NCBI GenBank assembly: GCA_963675665.1
Contig: OY776510.1
Location: 2,784,001-2,848,000, forward strand
From: Spirochaetia bacterium
GTDB lineage: Bacteria > Spirochaetota > Spirochaetia > UBA9216
Direction of reading: 5' to 3'
Length of the DNA: 64,000 nt
Below are positions 62,079 to 64,000 of the stretch, piece by piece. Position 1 is the stretch's first letter. Each line of letters begins with the position of its first letter. A model generated the notes under the pieces. The model had not been told where the DNA came from. It was given only the letters and a program-made list of their open reading frames with translations, and did no database searches. Made by a program: the position numbers and the translations under genes.

Positions 62079-63146
62079 ATGGAAAGAAAACGAATACTTA
62101 CCGGTGACAGACCAACCGGAAAACTGCATCTGGGTCACTATGTAGGTTCTCTTAAGAACAGGGTCAAATTGCAGGAGGAATACGACTGCTTTTTTATAAT
62201 AGCTGATCTCCATATGCTGACTACCAAACCGGATGCGGATGCGATTGCTCAAATTGGGCAGAATGCCAGGGATATGGTGCTTGATTATATTGCCTGCGGA
62301 ATCGATCCGGTGAAATCAAAGATATATCTTCAGTCCGCAATACATGAAGTATATGAAATGAACCTCTTTTTTGAAATGATGGTAAGCGTGCCGCGTCTTC
62401 AGCGGATGCCCAGCATAAAGGATATGGCGAAGGCCGCCAATATAAACGAAATGCCGCTGGGACTGCTCGGCTATCCGGTTCTACAGGCTGCCGACATTCT
62501 TATGCCCCGGGCAAATCTGGTGCCCGTAGGAAAAGACAACGAGGCCCATGTTGAGCTTACCCGTGAAATTGCAAGGCGTTTCAACAGCATGTACGAAGAA
62601 GTTTTCCCGATACCGGATGTTATGGTAGGGGATGTGCCTACGCTTGTAGGCACCGACGGAGATGCAAAAATGTCCAAGTCATTGGGAAATGCGATTATGC
62701 TGTCGGACGATGAAAAGACCGTAATTAAAAAAGTCCGGGGAATGTATACCGATCCGAACAGAATAAGAGCCGATATCCCGGGCAAGGTAGAAGGCAATCC
62801 CGTATTCATCTATCATGATATTTTCAATACTGACAAAGCTGATGTTGAAGATTTAAAATCCCGGTACCGGCAGGGCAAGGTGGGTGATGTTGAAGTTAAA
62901 GACAAGCTGGCTTCAGCCATAAATGCATTTCTTGATCCGATGCGGGAGCGCCGGTCGGAGTATGAATCCAAATCGGGGTTTGTAGAAGAAGTACTTTTCG
63001 ACGGAACCATGGTTGTACGGGAAGAAGCAAGACAGACCTTATCAGCAATGAAAAAGGCCATGGGGCTGACGGGGGTCTGGAATTCAATCAGCCGGAAGGC
63101 CGAGAAAACAAAGAAAAACCGCGAAAAAGAATCGGTTCAAAATTAA
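62079..63146 (+). CDS. trpS: Tryptophan--tRNA ligase
   Basis: [26 protein letters not shown] and KMSKS. Start at ATG 62079. Confidence 0.96.
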   Translation: MERKRILTGDRPTGKLHLGHYVGSLKNRVKLQEEYDCFFIIADLHMLTTKPDADAIAQIGQNARDMVLDYIACGIDPVKSKIYLQSAIHEVYEMNLFFEMMVSVPRLQRMPSIKDMAKAANINEMPLGLLGYPVLQAADILMPRANLVPVGKDNEAHVELTREIARRFNSMYEEVFPIPDVMVGDVPTLVGTDGDAKMSKSLGNAIMLSDDEKTVIKKVRGMYTDPNRIRADIPGKVEGNPVFIYHDIFNTDKADVEDLKSRYRQGKVGDVEVKDKLASAINAFLDPMRERRSEYESKSGFVEEVLFDGTMVVREEARQTLSAMKKAMGLTGVWNSISRKAEKTKKNREKESVQN

Positions 63147-63218
63147 AAATTTACTGGAAGTCGGGGCTTCTATGTACTACAATTATACATAGAATATGGT
63201 CTTGATTTGGAGGGTAAA

Positions 63219-64000
63219 ATGAAAAAGTTTACCGTTTTATTGATAATAATGCTTCTTTTTACAGGAGCAGTTTCTGTAACAGCCGAAGAAGTCCCGGCTG
63301 AACTTCTGAATACGCTTGTCGGAGCAATGGAGTCTGATTTTGAACTGCTGCTGGACGGACTTGGAAATGATATCGACACAATTTTGCTGCAGAACTCAAT
63401 TTCAGGGCTGAATATCGGGCAGGCTGAGCTCGGCAGTGAACGGTTCAATCATTTTTATATAGGTCTGCCGGCATTGGGAGCTACAGTCGCCAACGGATTT
63501 TTGACGTTTCGAAACGACGACGATTATTTTGAGCTTTTGAACCTTAACAGTCTGCTGGAAGAGATGATACTGGATAAGATTTATGAATTGGCCGGATCGG
63601 AAAGAGAAACCCTGATCGACACTGCGCTTGACAAGGCTACGCCTATTCCCGGCATCAAGGGCAATTTCGGAATTGCATTACCGGCGGACCTTGAGATTCT
63701 GTTAAGCTTTACAGGCGTTCCTGCAGCGGCAATGGACATTCTTGCGGAAAATGTGGATCTTCCGGGAGGCCTCTCAATGTCTTACTTTAACATCGGAGGA
63801 GTTCTCAGGTATGTTCTGCTGCGCGACAGTAATCAGACCCCGGGAGTATCAATTGGCCTGGGCGGCGCATATAATAACCTGACACTGGATATGGATATCG
63901 GAGATATGCTTTCCGGAATGCTCCCTGAAATCCCCGGCGATGTTAATCCGTTTGAAGATGCTGCCGTCAGTATCGGGGCAAAGACAACTGCTTTCGGTCT
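63219..64000 (+). CDS. Exported/outer-membrane hypothetical protein (3'-truncated by window)
   Basis: SD GGAGG, signal peptide MKKFTVLLIIMLLFTGAVSVTA and amphipathic beta-strand-like segments. Open to the window end. Confidence 0.7.
   Translation, partial: MKKFTVLLIIMLLFTGAVSVTAEEVPAELLNTLVGAMESDFELLLDGLGNDIDTILLQNSISGLNIGQAELGSERFNHFYIGLPALGATVANGFLTFRNDDDYFELLNLNSLLEEMILDKIYELAGSERETLIDTALDKATPIPGIKGNFGIALPADLEILLSFTGVPAAAMDILAENVDLPGGLSMSYFNIGGVLRYVLLRDSNQTPGVSIGLGGAYNNLTLDMDIGDMLSGMLPEIPGDVNPFEDAAVSIGAKTTAFG

Noticed and set aside
1-64000. rRNA, tRNA, CRISPR array or prophage
   Set aside because: None was recognised. Intergenic gaps are short and explained by promoters, terminators or the IS.

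Overview
This is a gene-dense bacterial chromosome window, most consistent with an anaerobic Spirochaetales member. That assignment is an inference from the eukaryote-type hexokinase, orphan NeuB/SpsE, LPP20 lipoproteins, Bat operon, FabV and Treponema-like MCP. Most content is housekeeping: proS, serS, trpS, pncB, aroC/aroK, an nrdR-nrdD-nrdG operon, ftsH, birA-bioY-ECF, a MoxR/Bat operon, fabD-G-F-Z-V, fabH and signalling genes. I found no rRNA, tRNA or CRISPR array. The notable items are: (1) a class III ribonucleotide reductase split exactly before its glycyl-radical loop, which is carried on a separate small protein fused to a CPNC redoxin, with complementary coiled-coil ends on the two parts; (2) an IS110/IS1111-group element inserted at a CT core in a REP-like hairpin, whose 3' non-coding region contains target- and donor-matching guide segments (bridge/seek RNA), with an empty sister hairpin at 21481; (3) a shared TATCGG-N7-CCGATA palindrome over the fabD and fabH promoters; (4) a preQ1-I riboswitch, NrdR boxes and a BirA operator; (5) several apparently leaderless genes; (6) a TipAS pseudogene with an inferred microhomology deletion.
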